Origin: Octopus sinensis
Taxonomy: Eukaryota
Length of the DNA stretch: 64,000 nt
Direction of reading: 5' to 3'
Assembly (NCBI RefSeq): GCF_006345805.1
Contig: NC_043001.1
Coordinates: 128,464,001 to 128,528,000, forward strand
Shown: piece by piece, positions 12,288 through 26,730 of the stretch
Numbering within the stretch: the stretch's first letter is position 1
Layout: the number at the start of each line of letters is the position of its first letter
Program-made: the position numbers and the translations under genes
The notes under the pieces: model-generated
Seen by the model: only the letters and a program-made list of their open reading frames with translations
Told to the model about the DNA's origin: nothing
Databases searched by the model: none

Positions 12288-14965
12288 TACTGTTTTTCTA
12301 GGGGTCTGAAATAGAGATCAGGGCATGTTCCTACTTAGAACTTTATTTTCAAATACCATTTGTTCTAAAATGTAACTAAGCTCCTACTCTATTATTTTAA
12401 ATACATACGTGTTTGGATCTGTGATGAACATGGTGCAGACAAGGGTACGTCAGCAATGAAGTTGTAAATGTCAAAGAATAGACTGATGAAACAACTGATT
12501 GCTTTATTGATCAAACCAATTGGTCAAGCAATTGATTAGTTAATTGGTTAGTTAGTTAACTCATTGACTTATATACAAAATGAAATAAAATCATTTTGTA
12601 ACAAAAATAAAATAGAATCAGTATGTTTTCTGAGGCAAAAGTGACCTTCCCAAAATTCAAACACCTGCTTCAACACAAAATTTCACATCAAGAATCTTGC
12701 AAAACAAACACAAATAATGAAATATAAATATAGTTGAGCAATTATTTAAGGAAACATCTATGTTTCTGCCTCTTTGTTTTCCAAGTTAGAGAAAGCATTC
12801 TCTATTTATGGGTATCAGTTATAAAACAAATAAAATGTATCTGAGCTAACCTTAGCAAGGAAACCTGTGCACAAAATAGTTTTTTGATTACACAAACTCC
12901 TTCAGAAGTGCCTGCAGTAAAAAAAGGGTTAGTCAACTTGTCATGTGTTGACCTCTGAATAAATAAACTGATCCTATTTTTTGACAACTGTTAGCAGGTG
13001 TCAGTTGAAAGGAGGACATCTAATCACGAAATCATCATCAAACTATTTGTATCATCATCACCGTCATCATCATCGTTTAGCGTCCGCTTTCCATGCTAGC
13101 ATGGGTTGGACGGTTCAACCTGGGAAGCCAGAAGGCTGCACCAGGCCCAGTCTGATCTGGCAATGTTTCTACGGCTGGATGCCCTTCCTAACGGGGGGGG
13201 GGGGGCATCCATTCAATAGAAATTTCAAGCTGAGATACAATTGCTAAGAAATTCCTGTCGCAAGAGGACTGAGACCACAGTAATTTGACAATAAATTCGC
13301 CTGAATACAGGTACAGGTATTGCTGTGTGGTTAAAAAAATTTGCTTTGCAACCACATACTTGCAGGTTCAGTCCCATTGCATGAAACCTTGGACAAGTGT
13401 CTTTGATTTGCCTGGCCAACCCATGCCTTGTGAATGGAATTGGTAGATGGAAACTATACGGAAGTCTTGTGTGTATGTATGCGTACACTGAATGTTGATA
13501 TCCCACAGCTTCAATTGTCACTATCTGGGTAAAACAGTGATATGATGTTTGCCGTCCTTGTCGACATTAGGACCAGTTGTACTTGCATTTTCAAAGACTA
13601 TTGGAATATAAGTCCTTTACTTGAAAAACAAGTAAGGGTTGGCAACTAGAAAGGCATTTACTCATAAAATACTACCTCAAATAGTCCTTGTCCAACTCAC
13701 GCTAGCATTCAAAATCAGCCATTATATATTTTTTTTTAAATGGACGTAGTTATTAGTTTTCAACAAATTATTTCTCTGAACTTATTTAAATTCCTAATTA
13801 AATTCATTCATTTAATATTGAAACTTTAGAAAAGTATCATGGTCACAATTTATCCATTTATTTTTTTCTTCCTCAATAAATCTTAGGCTTTATATTATTT
13901 GAATATTGACAAAGAGAAAGAAAACAGAGTAAGAAAGGCACAGTGGTTGTGAAGTTAAGTAGTTTGTAAGCTTTGCCACTGCATCATAAATTCAAATTTT
14001 ACTGCAGCTTTTGTAGTATGCATATGTGCAGTCTTTTACTATGATTGTCTCATTAAAAATTGAATGTAGTTACTCTCTGTTTGCTTTAGGGATTAGCTCC
14101 AGAAATGATTTTCACATAAAAATATTGGCTTCAACAATTCATGCTCACATATCCATATTTGGTAAAAAGAGTTTAAAAAAGCCATTTCACTTGTTTTGAT
14201 CAGACCCCTGATGAAAATTGATCAAGCAGACTCTAACCAAAAGCATTTCTGAAATGACCAACCCACTTTTATTGAGACATGGTATTTGGCCCCACATTAT
14301 CCAACATGTCTTCTTTTTCCTTTTTTCTTTTTTTCTTAAGAAGCAAGGTGCAATTTGAGGCAGATATGGCTCCTATTTTTAGAAGGATTTGTGACCACAT
14401 ACAGGTTTTCCTTCATTGACTGGTGTTTTCAGAAAGCTGTGAACACCATGCAATCTCATTCCACCATTCTTCACATTTGAGGATTTACATAAAAGATCAT
14501 TATTATTACCTGTATTTTCATTGTAATAAACAACACTAAGTAGCAATATCTTCTTAGTGAGTTGAATCTAAGATTATTTTCAATATCCAAGTGGTGTCAT
14601 TCATTTCACATATGTCACTAAAATCCTTAGGAAAGACAAGAACACCACATTTTCATTTTTCATCTTCCACAAATTCATAACTTCATATGTAAGAAACAAA
14701 TATTAATTTCTTCTTCATGATTGTTATTCATCTCAGATATTAATGTGGTAATTTGGTGGAATCATTACAGCATCAGAATGAAAATTACTGTGCAGCATTT
14801 AAGTTCAAATCCTGCTGTAGTCAACTTTGCTTTTCATCCCTTTGGGACGCTATAATAAAGTACCAAGCAAGCATTTAACCAACTAAAACTTTCCCCAAAA
14901 TCTCAGGCTTTGTTCTTCTATGAGAAACAATTAATTTCAGATACTTCTTGTTGTTATCATTGCAG

Positions 14966-15192
14966 CCACCAACCTTACAGCCTGGTCAAGTTCTATCCCA
15001 GCCTGCTATTGCTATCCCAACAAGCCTGGCCACAACTACTCAAGTTGCCAGTGTCTCCTATCCTCCCCCAGTGGGTAGCACACGGCTAGCTCCAGCTCAG
15101 CAGTCTCTTAAGCAGAGGTTTTTCACAGGAACAGTCACCAAGATTATGGATAATTTTGGTTTTGTTGATGATGATGTCTTTTTTCAAATGAA
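14966..15192 (+). CDS. CCAR1: CCAR1 exon, start of S1-like domain
   Basis: tgcAG|CCACCA...ATGAA|GTAAGT. PPTLQPGQVLSQPAIAIPTSL...KQRFFTGTVTKIMDNFGFVDDDVFFQM matches CCAR1 KQRVFTGVVTKLHDTFGFVDEDVFFQL. Confidence 0.95.
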
Positions 15193-16211
15193 GTAAGTTG
15201 GCTCTTTTTATTATCATATACATATATTTCTCTTTTTTTTTAAAACAGATTCGGGTACCTGGTTTGACCCCAGGTCTTGCCAGTTCCTGTCAAGCCATCC
15301 AACCCATGCCAGCAGGGAAAACAGATATTATATGCTGACAATGACGATGATGATGATGAAATCACTGATCAAAATTTCAATGAAAGTTAAATTTGATAGA
15401 TGTGTATCATTTTGGATTTACTACATAATGATAAATGGCCTTATTTAGAATAAGACACTATCTTAGGGATCAATAATAGTATGCAAACGTATGTTCTCCA
15501 TCAGATAGATTCCAAGTTATTATTTTCAAGACAAAATAAGGCAGCTAGCTAACAGAATCATTAAGCACTCCAGGTAAAATGCTTAGTTGCATTTCATTCA
15601 TCTTCATGTTCTGAGTTCAAATCCTGCTGAGGCCAGCTTTGCTTTTCATCCTCTCAGGGTTAATAAAATAAGTACCAGTTGGGCACTGGGGTATATGTAA
15701 TTGACTAATCCCCTCCCCCAAAATTGCTGGCCTTGTGCAAAAATTTGAAAACCAATATTTTCGAGTTAAAATGTATTCAAGAATCCATTGTGCACTTGCT
15801 GTTGTTAGCTTTCCTTCCACTGGGGAAAAACTGTACACCATAGTGTTTTTTGTACATCATCATTGTTATGCTGGCTTTTTCATGCTTGTCTGGGTCAAAT
15901 GGAATTTATTGAAGTGGATTTTCTACAGCCAGATACCCTTCCTGACACCAACCCTAGCTTGTTTCCAAGTAAGATACTATCTTCCCATGAGCAGACATGT
16001 TTTCATAAAAGGTTGGAAACAAAGGATACTGCTTGCTTGACAGTAACATTCATTTACAACTATTAAGCAATATCCGGGCTAGGAGACTGTAACAGATGCA
16101 CATATTCATACATAAGGGGTGTATACACACACATGCACACATGATTGGCTTCTATCAGTTTTCATCTACCAAAGCCACTCACAAGCCTTTGGTCTGCTTG
16201 GGGTTATTATA

Positions 16212-16579
16212 TCATCATCATCATCATCTTTTAACGTCCGCCTTCCATGCTAGCATGGGTTGGACGGTTCAACTGGGGTCTGGGAAGCCAGAAGGCTGCA
16301 CCAGGCCCAGTCTGATCTGGCAGTGTTTCTACAGCTGGATGCCCTTCCTAACGCCAACCACTCCGTGAGTGTAGTGGGTGGTTTTTACGTGCCACCGGCA
16401 CAGGTGCCAGACGAGGCTGGCAAATGGCCACAATCGGTTGGTGCTTTTTATGTGCCACCGGCACGGAGACCAGTTGGGTGGCGCTGGCTATGGCCACGTT
16501 CGGATGGATCTCTTACGTGCTACCGGCACTGGTATCACAGCTACAAATTCCATTGATGTTGATAGATTACGATTTTGAT
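16212..16579 (-). mobile_element. RTE 3'-end fragment
   Basis: Family motifs and (CAT)n tail. Confidence 0.8.
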
Positions 16580-16778
16580 ATACATATAAATATGATATTA
16601 TAAGACTGCACCTGCTCCTTGTCCCTTTATCATAGTGTCTTATCCCTTCCTCTATACCCTCAGTTGAGGGTGGGGTCTTAATTTGCTGGTACTTGGTGAC
16701 CTCACCAGTGCTGGTTCCACATAAAGAGCATCCAGTACACTGTCAAGTAGTTGCCATTAAGAAGGGCATCCAGCTTGG

Positions 16779-17810
16779 ATTAGGTTGGCAACAAGTTCCC
16801 GCAGTTTTTTTAAATTAAAATTTTTTAAAAGGTTTAATAAAAAAATAACAACTAATTAATCAATAATGTATTCACCCATGTTGTTTACAACTTCTTCCCA
16901 TTGTTCAAGAAGATTTTCAATACCCAGTTGGTAGAAATCACCCGATTTCGACTTGAAAAATTGATCCAACCAAACTCTCAATTCTGCATCAGTATTGAAC
17001 GAAACTCTGCGCATAGCATTTGAAAGAGATCAAAAGAGGTGGAAATCCATTGGTGCCAAATCAGGAAAGTACGGCGGGTGTGGTAGCACTTCCCAGCCAT
17101 GCGTTTGAATGGCTTCCTTGGTCATATTGGCGATACGAGGGTGGGCATTGTCATGCAGCAGAAGAACTCTATGCTGACGATTAGGTCTTTTCTCTTGAAT
17201 AGCCATGTTGAGTCGTTCCATCTGTTGAACATAGATTTCTGCATTGACGATTTGGTTCCATTCAAGCAATTCGTAATGGATAATGCCTTCCCAGTACCAC
17301 CATATATGCACAACATCGTTTTACGTCGATGAAGATCTTGTTTCACGCGCGGTGCACTTGTTTACCGGGGCTAAGCCATTCTTTATATTGCTTCATATTG
17401 ATGTACAGGCACCATTTTTCGGCGCCAGTAACGATTTGGTAAAGAAATCATTGCTTATGTCCATGAGTTGAGTGGTGACGAGCAAGCAAACCAGCGGAGA
17501 TTGTGGCTCATTGATTTTTGTTGTTGTCACTTCAAGCATGTGGAACCCATGCTCCATACTTCTGAAACTTTCCCATTCACTGAATTACTATTTTCTCTCC
17601 TCTCCCTTCACCATTCATTCCTACTGTATGATTTTGGACAAATATATACATATGTAGGGGTCTAGCTTGACCCTGCCTGAGATTTGAAACCAAATCCACC
17701 GGCTTGTTGCTTGTGAAAATGAGTGGGTAATCCTCCACACTAGATGATTGATGAAACATTCCACATCCATCACACATTGTAGGTTGAAAGGCAAAAATTT
17801 AATTCAATGG
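16779..17810 (-). mobile_element. Mariner (DD34D) transposon fossil 1
   Basis: IVTG(A)EKWCLY, LLHDNAHP and WEVLPHPPYFPDLAPMDFHLF motifs with frameshifts. One TIR-like end TTAGGTTGGCAAC at about 16780. The right boundary is approximate. Confidence 0.9.
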
Positions 17811-18677
17811 AAACCCAGCTGAGAAAAGTGAGGTTTGAATTACTTACAGATGTCTGGCCTAGTGGTGGCAGTGTTCAGCTCATGATTGTTAGGTCATAGT
17901 TTCGATTCATGGACTGGACAGCACATTATGTCCTTGAGAAATTGCTACATTTCACAGTGCTCCAGTTCACTCTGTTGAAAATCAACTTGGTAGAAACAAT
18001 AGCATGCTTTTATCTCCTTTATATCATTACTTACTTTTGTGTAACTTTTTGTGAAATCATGAAGTTTATCTTTTTATGCAAGGTATTGAATTGATTTAAT
18101 TGATCCAATATATTACTGGCACTTATTTTATCTACTACTCTAAAAAGAAAAAGGACAAAGTTTACCCTGATAGGATTTATATTTAGGACAAAGATTAGGT
18201 TGAGACTAAAGAAAGAAGAACTGACTATGGGTTGCAGTGTGAGATGTAGTAAACATGCTGCATTGAACCCATGTTACCAGAAAAAATAAGTTTTAAATTG
18301 ATGATAATAAATTTTTCTTGCACTTCAGTCTTGTGCAAATAGCAATCTTATTAACTTGTAATGTGATCTTTTATCTTCTTTTCAATCTGGTTTTCCCATC
18401 ATGTTTAAAAGAAGCATACCATTTTGAATATATTTTCTCAAGAAAATGGTTATTGTGGACAGAGAGAAGCTAACATACTTCTACTTAACAGAATGACTAT
18501 TGCAAACCTTGTTCTGTAATATTTATTTGGCTAATTGACATGAAATGTTGCGTAAAACATATTCAGACACATGAATTTAGATATTTTCTTTCTTCTTTTA
18601 ACTCTTTCATATTTCCAAAAGAATTTTTGCTCCACCTTTGTATTTTGAAAGTAATTTTTCTTTTACTTCTGCTTCAG

Positions 18678-18792
18678 CTGTTGTAAAGGTCCACTACCAA
18701 AAGTAGCCGATAGAGTTTTAGTGGAAGCTACATACAACCCTAATATGCCTTTCAAGTGGAATGCTACTCGAATTCAAGTTCTTCCCAACCAG
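18678..18792 (+). CDS. CCAR1: CCAR1 exon, S1-like domain second half
   Basis: cttcAG|CTGTTGT...AACCAG|GTATTA. CCKGPLPKVADRVLVEATYNPNMPFKWNATRIQVLPNQ. Phase 2 in matches the previous exon. Confidence 0.97.
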
Positions 18793-20870
18793 GTATTATT
18801 TTTGCTTTTTGTTAACTGAATTGCATACAGATGAGATTAATGAACTTTATACAGATAGTAGAGACTTAAATGAAGTTGTCATATTTGAGGCTTGTATTTT
18901 TTAAATTGTCAGGCATAGTGGATTTCTAGATAGAGGCCATATAATCACTTGTTAAAATCTTGATAGGTACAATATGTCTCTAGGTAAAGTGAATATATTT
19001 ACATGCTTTAACCTGCCTTACTAAATGTAACTTCTGTTTCTGCTTAAACTATTGAGGGTTTAGTTGTTACAAGGTCATCCAGCTGATAGTAACAATTACA
19101 ACATTCTGGAGTAGTGACATATACCAAGCTGACTCTGGCTCACCACTCCTTCTCTACTTTGTAGTTAAAATGATCAAGGCAAACTCTTTTCCCACAATAT
19201 GCAATACTTTCAGAGATGCTATCCTTTTTAAAGACAGACTGTCCATTTTGGATTACACAACTGATAAGATCTTTTAAGAGGCTTATGCTTATCTGATTTA
19301 CTGCATTGTGTGCCGTAAATTCAGTAGATTCAGGTTCAGGAATTATTTAAAAAATGGTGATTTGGGAGAGTTGAAACCTCTCATTTGCAATATCATCATA
19401 TTCCAGCATTATTAATTTATTATTGCTAGGTCTGTTAATGTGGAGGTGCATAGCTTAGTGGTTAAGGTGTTGAACTCATGAATAAAAGATTGTAGTTTCA
19501 ATTCCTGGACCAGGCAATGCATTGTGTTCTTGAGCAAAACACTTTTTTTTTCACGTTGCTCCAGCCCATCCACTCAGCTGGTAAAAATGAGTAATCCTGG
19601 GACAGACCAGCATCCTATCCGAGGGGGAATATATATATGCCAGGAAACTGGGAAACCAGCCCTATACTCCCTACGGAGAAATGTGAACTAACCACATAAC
19701 TACAGGTCTGTTAGTAATGATTTCTAAAACATACTTGGCAACAAATCTTTGGGAGAAAGTGCAATCATACTGACTCTGATCATCATCATCATTGTTCGAC
19801 CATGGTCGAGACAATGGAATTTACCATGCTACACCAGACTTCACAGTCCATCATAGCATTACTGAGGTCCTGTTGCTGGATGTCTGTATCCCTGGAGATT
19901 ACATCAGGGTAGGAGAGTGTGTGCCCTCTGGTATTGCGAGTAGATACTTATTTTATCAGCCCTGGAGCAAAGGAAGGTAAAGTTAACATTAACAGGATTT
20001 AAATTTAGAATGTAGATACACATATATAAATACTGCAAGACATTTTGTCAGACTCTTTACTGATTCTACTAATGAAGGTTTAGCTATTATAAATCAGCAT
20101 TGTAGAAGGAAAATGGCTGTGAGATTAAGTTCATGCAGTCAAACCTTACAAACAACACTGTTGTGTCCTTGAGCAAGACCTATAACTCTCCTTATTATTC
20201 TAGTTTATCTGCTTCACATAAAACAAGAAAATAGATTCCACTCCTTACTTTATTGCTGAGCAGATAATGAGAAGGGCATCATCTAGCTCTAAAGAGAATT
20301 GCTACAAAAGTCGTGACATTCATCCAAGCATAGAAAAATGGAATAATAATAATAGTATAATAGTAATACTCTATAATTTAAGCACAAGGCCAGCAATTCT
20401 GAAGGTTTGGGGTTAGTCAGTCACTACAATCAATCTCAGTACTTGGCAGGTACTTTACTTTATTGATCCTGGAAAGATGAGAAGCAAAGTTGACCTCAGC
20501 AGGATTTGAATTCAGAAATTCTATGAGGTCAACTTAGCTTTTCATCCTTCCAAGCTTGATGGTACCAATCAAATATGGGGCTGATATAATCAACTTAATC
20601 TCACTCCTAAATTTAGAAACATTATTGGAAGACAGCGAATTGGCCAAATTATTGGAGTATCAGACAAAATGTCCTGCAGTATTTGTTCTGGTTCTTTATG
20701 CTCTAAATTCAAATCTCATCTAGGCCAGCTTTGTCTTTCATCGTTCTATGGTTGATTTAGTTGATTAACCTCTTCTCCTAAATATCTAGGCATGTGTTTA
20801 TGCTAGAAATGCTAATAATTCTCTTTAATATTTTACTTCAGCCTGTTCTTTTCTTTTTTCTTGTTTCCAG

Positions 20871-21171
20871 AATGTGGCTCCAGCACCAATGGGTCAGATA
20901 GCCAATAGCCAAACTCTGGTCATCTCCAACCCAACAACCCTTGTGGGATCTTCTCCACTTGGAGTGACTGCAACTGTGGTCACTCCAACAATTGCTCAAA
21001 CTCCAGTCATGGCACCAAGCATTGCTCCACCAGTGTCGCCAAACATTACTCCATCCATTCCAACTCCTGTTGCTGCCCCTCCACCTGTACAGCCACCAAC
21101 AATAAACCAGCAGCCACCTCCGTTAATGGGACAGATACGACCTCCTGTTGCAACAGTTGCACCTCCACCAT
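20871..21171 (+). CDS. CCAR1: CCAR1 exon, Pro/Thr-rich linker
   Basis: ttgtttccAG|AATGTG...CCACCAT|GTGAGT. Open frame NVAPAPMGQ...VAPPP. Phase 0 in, phase 1 out. Confidence 0.9.
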
Positions 21172-22117
21172 GTGAGTGGCTTCATTCTTTGTAATCCTCA
21201 CCTTATTTTTTTTCCTCTTTATATCAGATTAACCTCATTTATGATTTATTGTGTAAAAGGTCACAGGCACTAGCATTGCTTTGTGGTTAGATCTCTTCTC
21301 AACCACATTGTTTCAAGTACAGTCCCACTGGACTGCACTTTGGGTAACCAACAGCTTGAGAGTAAATTTGGTAGATGAGAATTTTACAAAGCTTGTGTGT
21401 GTGTGTGTGTGTGTGTAAATATATGTGTGTGTCTGTGTTTGAGTGAACATTTGCATTCTGCACCTCACCTGAAGATGGTCTGAGCTATAAGGGATGATGT
21501 CTGTTGACATTCCCTGTCAGCAGATGCTCTGCTCTGCTAGCTCTGCTCTTTCAAAAACTGGTGGAAATAAAAATTCTTTCCTTGCAAAACAAGGGTTGGT
21601 AACAGAAAGAGCATCTGGCTGTAAAACAGTGTCCTAATAATACATATTCACCTAACCCATTCTAGCATGGGAAAACAAATGTGAAATAAAATGAACATAT
21701 AAATGATTTCTAAGGATCTAAGACTTCGTTAAATCTTCTGAGTATATTTTGTTTCTCTTATAAGCTATAGACTACACAATCAGCAACTATTATGTAAAAG
21801 CAAAAGAAGGCAACGGGCTGGCAGAATCATTAGCTCACTGGACAAAATGCTTAGTGGTATTTCTCCTGTCGCTACGTTGTGAGTTCAAATTCAGCCAAGG
21901 TCAACTTTTCAGGGTCGATAAAATAAGTACAAGTTGAACACTGGGTGGGGTGGTTGATGTAATCAACCCATCCCCTTTCCCAAAATTGTTGCCCTTGTGG
22001 CAAAATTTGAAACCATTATTTAAATAAAAATAAAAATGACAGCTTAAGAGATTTTATGGATATCAATAAGTTTTAAGTTGTCATGAGGACTGGACAAATT
22101 CTGTGGGTCCAACTTAA

Positions 22118-22339
22118 CCCTTTAGCATTTAAACTGGCCATATCCAACCAAAATATTCTACCTGTTTTATGTTCAAACCAGCCAGAACTGGCCTCTCGCA
22201 CCTACCCTATTCATTTGAAAAATAAGCAATCGCATCATTGAAATCTCAAAGCTGCAAGATAATGCATGATTGATTCAAAACAATGTGAAGAAATATTTCA
22301 TTTGAGAGAGGGAGAGAGAGTTATCTGGAAGCTAAAGGG
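22118..22339. mobile_element. MITE family 2, CCCTTTAGC/GCTAAAGGG TIRs, TTAA TSD
   Basis: TIRs and TTAA on both sides. Related copies at about 24706-25203, 39110-39329 and 52320-52520. Confidence 0.8.
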
Positions 22340-23347
22340 TTAAGGCTGTTCAACAGAAGGATCAACTAGTAGCTAGTGGATATGAAGTTGTCCGTTGTTT
22401 GGGACAGGAACTGGATGAAAAGATAATCACAATGAATGAATGATCTAGAAAATAGGATGTAAAAGAGAAGGGCTAAAACAGAAATGGGTGACATAAGAGG
22501 CTGACAGGAGGGCTGAGTGTAGTATGAGTGAAGTTGGGTGGTTTGTTTGAAAAGAGATGGGAGGAAGGTCATGTGATAAGGCTAACAGTGTAGTAGGAGT
22601 TGACCTGTGTTTGGCACACAGGTCACTGGAATGGATACAGAAACTGGAGTGGGCTTCATTTATGCTTAGTGGTTTGTTGGTTTACCTTGAGACACAAATT
22701 TCATGCTCAATGCTTTGCCCCTGAGTTATATGTTTGTTCAGGCACCTCCCGAATTTCTTTTTCATTGATGCTCCATCCACACACCACCTCTATCTTTTAC
22801 AAACTAACCATCTCGCAGTGTGACCTCAAATTTTCTTCCTCTTATATAATTCATACAAAATTTTCGTTCCCTTTTTCAGTTGCTACATCTTCATTATTTC
22901 TGTTGCAAAAGCTCTGACTTCAAGAGTTAGTCCTACTAGTTACTCAACATTTTTCTCACTTGTAAATTTTCCTCAATCTGTCAGGGATGTACCCCCCCAT
23001 CCCCCCGTGACTATGTTATAAACTGAACCACCATCCTACCATCAAACACATTCCTCTTCATTCTGCTAGTCTGTCACTCTTTATACCGTCCTCCATCACT
23101 TCAGCCTTCCCTTCTCCATTCTTACATTGTCACTATCTTCTCAGAAACTTTTGATGTAACATTCTAATCTATAGCTCCTTTATCTCCGTTGCTCCCACCT
23201 GGAACCTCTACCTGCTTCCACATCCACTGCAATTCTTCTCCCTTCACCTGTAATACTACAGCTCTGTCTGGTTCGGTGTCCAAATTTCTAAACACTTCTG
23301 TTTATTTAATTTACTGCATAGCATGCTATCATTGTAGTACTTTGTAT

Positions 23348-23580
23348 GTTAGTTAGTTAAGTTAGTTAATTTTGGCTCAAAAGCAAATAGCAAGGCCATG
23401 TAGGGGGACATGGAGTTAAGTACAGGGTGGTGTTCATGTAAAGAGTTCAGGCCACTTGAGGTCAAGGGAGACTTTGAACAAAGCGGTCGTCGGCATCTTC
23501 ACCATCTTGTCTGGCAGCTTGTTCCACAGATCCGCAGCCCGGACGGAGAAAGCTCCTCTCCTTCGATTGAGATGAAATCG
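23348..23580 (-). mobile_element. Second copy of the same CR1-clade 3' end
   Basis: Near-identical to 12016-12247. No TSD evident. Confidence 0.85.
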
Positions 23581-24863
23581 GAAAGACCAGTTTATATCTG
23601 AATGATTGTTTTCAGGAACACCTACTGGATGTCTTCTATAACCTCCCTGGTTTCTTAAAACTCATGACTTACACATTAGCTACGCTGGCCACTCTACACA
23701 GCACTACTGTCTTTGATGTTTACCAATACCATGGTCCAAAAACCAGTTGCCAAGTCAATGAATAAAGTTCATTCTCTAAGAGATTTTGATCCCTACTACT
23801 GTGAACACTTGCCTCCAATAACTTCAGTTTATCCACCTTAATCCCCCTCAAATACTGCCTTTCTTTGCCTTGCGTATTTATCTGTTTTGGGTTTTTTTTA
23901 TGTGTGCCTGTTGCTAGTTAACCCACCTTACATTACTAGAGTGGCTGCTTAGCCTTTCTCTCATCAACCCTCATACCAGTCATCTCTCTCTAAATCACTC
24001 ATATCACACTTTGCTGTCCTGTCAGCCGCTCACATCTATCACCAATCTTTTAGGTTTCCTTTCTCTCAACTTCACATTCCACTCACTTCATTTACTGTAA
24101 TTATCTACTCGACTACTTCCTGTGTCTACATTCAACCCTTTTTTCACTCTTTTTCCAGTTCCACCAGTCATTAGTTAATCATACAGTCAAAAGATCTCAG
24201 TCCAAAATTTCCAATAAGTTCATTCCTCATAGTAACTAAACTTACTGATACTCAAAAACACTGCTGGTTTTACCAATTACATTGTTGCCAGTATAGACTC
24301 TCACCAGGTTCTTCGGATTCCATACTTTACCCTATTCTGTAAAAAGCATGACCGCTTGCTTGAATAATAGTACCACTCCTACTTGGCTAATTTAGCGGCT
24401 ACTTATAGGAAGAACATTTAAATGTATAAACAAATGATTCAAGTTGTTTGCAAATATTCAAATTTATAAAAAACCATCCCTTCTGTCCTATAAATGAGAA
24501 ATGAACAGGAAATTTTGAAATTGTACTTGTCTAGCAATTGAGGGGGTGCTTTTCTTGATGAGATTGAACAATGCATTTCCTGCAGACATGCTAAGAAAAT
24601 TATTACTAAAAAAAACATACTTGAAAAAACAAAATAGAGATAAAATTATCAAGTGAGCCAACTCAAATATTTCCTTTTTTACTCTGAGTGAAGACCTCTT
24701 AATCTTTTAGCATTCATATTACTATGTCAAATGTAATTGTTTTGAATTAACCATGCATTAATTAGCATTTAAACCAGCCATATCTAGCCAAAATATTCTA
24801 ACTGTTTTATGTTCAAACTGGCCAGATCTGGCCTCTTACACCTACCCTGCAATGTCATTTTAA

Positions 24864-25083
24864 CCCTTTCGCTACCAACCTGGCTGAAACTGGCTCTGGC
24901 TCTAAGTACAAATGTCTAATTTTCATAAGTTTTGGATTAAAATCTTCTACCAAACTTAGACACAATTTATGTTCCTAACACTAGTTGAATGATCACTAAG
25001 TTATTTTACTAAATTCTTGGTTATATTTTAAATTAATTGAAACAAACACAGAGTATCTCAAAATAAATACAGTAATGAAAGGG
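24864..25083 (-). mobile_element. MITE family 1 nested in a family 2 MITE
   Basis: TTAA at 24860-24863 and 25084-25087. The host sequence CCTACCCTGCAATGTCATT|...|AGATAAACAATTGCATCATTG is contiguous across the insertion. Confidence 0.8.
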
Positions 25084-26233
25084 TTAAAGATAAACAATTG
25101 CATCATTGAAATCTTGAAGCTATAAAATTATGCATGATTAATTCAAAACAATGTGAATAAATAAGCAATACATTTGACAGAATAATGTGACTGCTAAAGG
25201 GTTAGTTATCTTAACTTTGAGATTCCGATGGTGTGATCAATTAGTTTTAGAATGACATTTTAGGATAGATGTGAGATGCTGGATCTGGCCAGTTTGAACA
25301 TAAAACAAGTAGAATATTTAAGTTGAATGTGGCTGGTTTAAACGAAGGGTTAATCGTAAGTTCTTTAGTTTAACTTGCTGCATGATGTTTCACTCAAACC
25401 TTCTGGAAATGTTACTTGCAGTAAACTGTTAGCCTGCCCAGGACCCAATTTGTCTCGCATCTTATTTTTGCTTTATGATACAAATCCTGGAGACAAACAA
25501 TAATGCTTGTCCTAGGAACTTACACTGGAGTAAACAGATTAGTGCATTTGATAATTTGAAATGTCTATTTTATGGTTGAGTGGCTTTCATAATACTAACT
25601 ACTGAACTGTGATGAAATACCGAGAACATTAAAAGCTATTAGGATATTATTACAACCTTGTGTAAGAGCACTAAGAGCAATATTATCGGTAGTATTTGAA
25701 GCCAGATCTGTAATACTGGCTTTGCAAAAGTGTTTGTTTTTCTGTTTATTTAAACAATTGTTTTTGTTTAGTTTAAAAATTTTTTCTTATTGCAAACCAA
25801 TTGTGTATAGCATTAGTTTGTTGACTATGGGTGTGTCAATTTGTTTATTGAACATAACGATTAAGTGGAAAATTGAATAATTGTCTTTTCTGTATTGGTG
25901 TGGCTTTATTAACATATAAAAACATAACGGACTCCTGCTAATTTGGTAATAATGTATATTTAAATATGTACACATAATATAAGTATAGCTATATACACAC
26001 ACACACCCTTTTTTTTTTATTAAGCACACTAATATATATATATACGAACTTTTATATGTCAAATAATTTAGACACATTCAGTAGCTATATGCTAACATAT
26101 TGAGGTGAAAATGTTGCTGTACATTTAAATATTCTTGACCATGAGACCTATGTGGTTGTTCAAACTGCAAGAAAAAGGAGCCATTTCTCCCTCAAATCAT
26201 ATTCTGCCTTCGTAAATAAGGAAAGGACATATT

Positions 26234-26730
26234 ATCAGGTCATCCCATCAGTTTTGTCCGAATTTTGAATAGAGAAAACAAGTGATCAAATATTATATTT
26301 GATTGAAATTTAATCATCAATGTACTTTCCCTGATTATCTATGACTTCCTTCCATCTATTTATAAGCTTTTTGATCCCATCAATGTAAAACCCTTTTGGT
26401 TTGAAAGCAAAGAACTCTGAAATGTCAGTTTCGACCTCCTCCTGGCTTGCAAAAGTTATGCCCCCCAAATGATTCTATAAACTACGAAACAAATGGTAGT
26501 CTGAAGGAGCAAGGTCGGGAGAATAAGGTGGATGAGGAATTTTTTCCCAGCCAAGCTCTTCGATCTTCTGTGATGTGATCTTTGCAGTGTATGATTGCGC
26601 ATTGTCCTGATGAAACATCACTCCTTTTCAATTCACTAAAGCGGGTTTTTTTTCTTCAAAGCTTAGTTCAAATACCCTAATTGCTGACAGTAGACTTGAG
26701 CATTGATTGTTGCATTAGGTGGTAACAATT
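26234..26730 (-). mobile_element. Mariner transposon fossil 2 (C-terminal half)
   Basis: Minus strand LLPPNATINAQVYCQQL...FHQDNA...GWEKIPHPPYSPDLAPSDYHLFRSL...FYIDGIKKLINRWKEVIDNQGKYIDD*, with internal stops. Confidence 0.9.

Noticed and set aside
12421-12498. Second C/D snoRNA (GTGATGA...CTGA)
   Set aside because: Terminal stem of only about 4 bp and no recognisable rRNA or snRNA complementarity. Likely chance.
13194-13206. G-run ending an RTE fragment, as a G-quadruplex element
   Set aside because: An isolated homopolymer at a truncation junction. It may be a sequencing or assembly artefact, and no function is supported.
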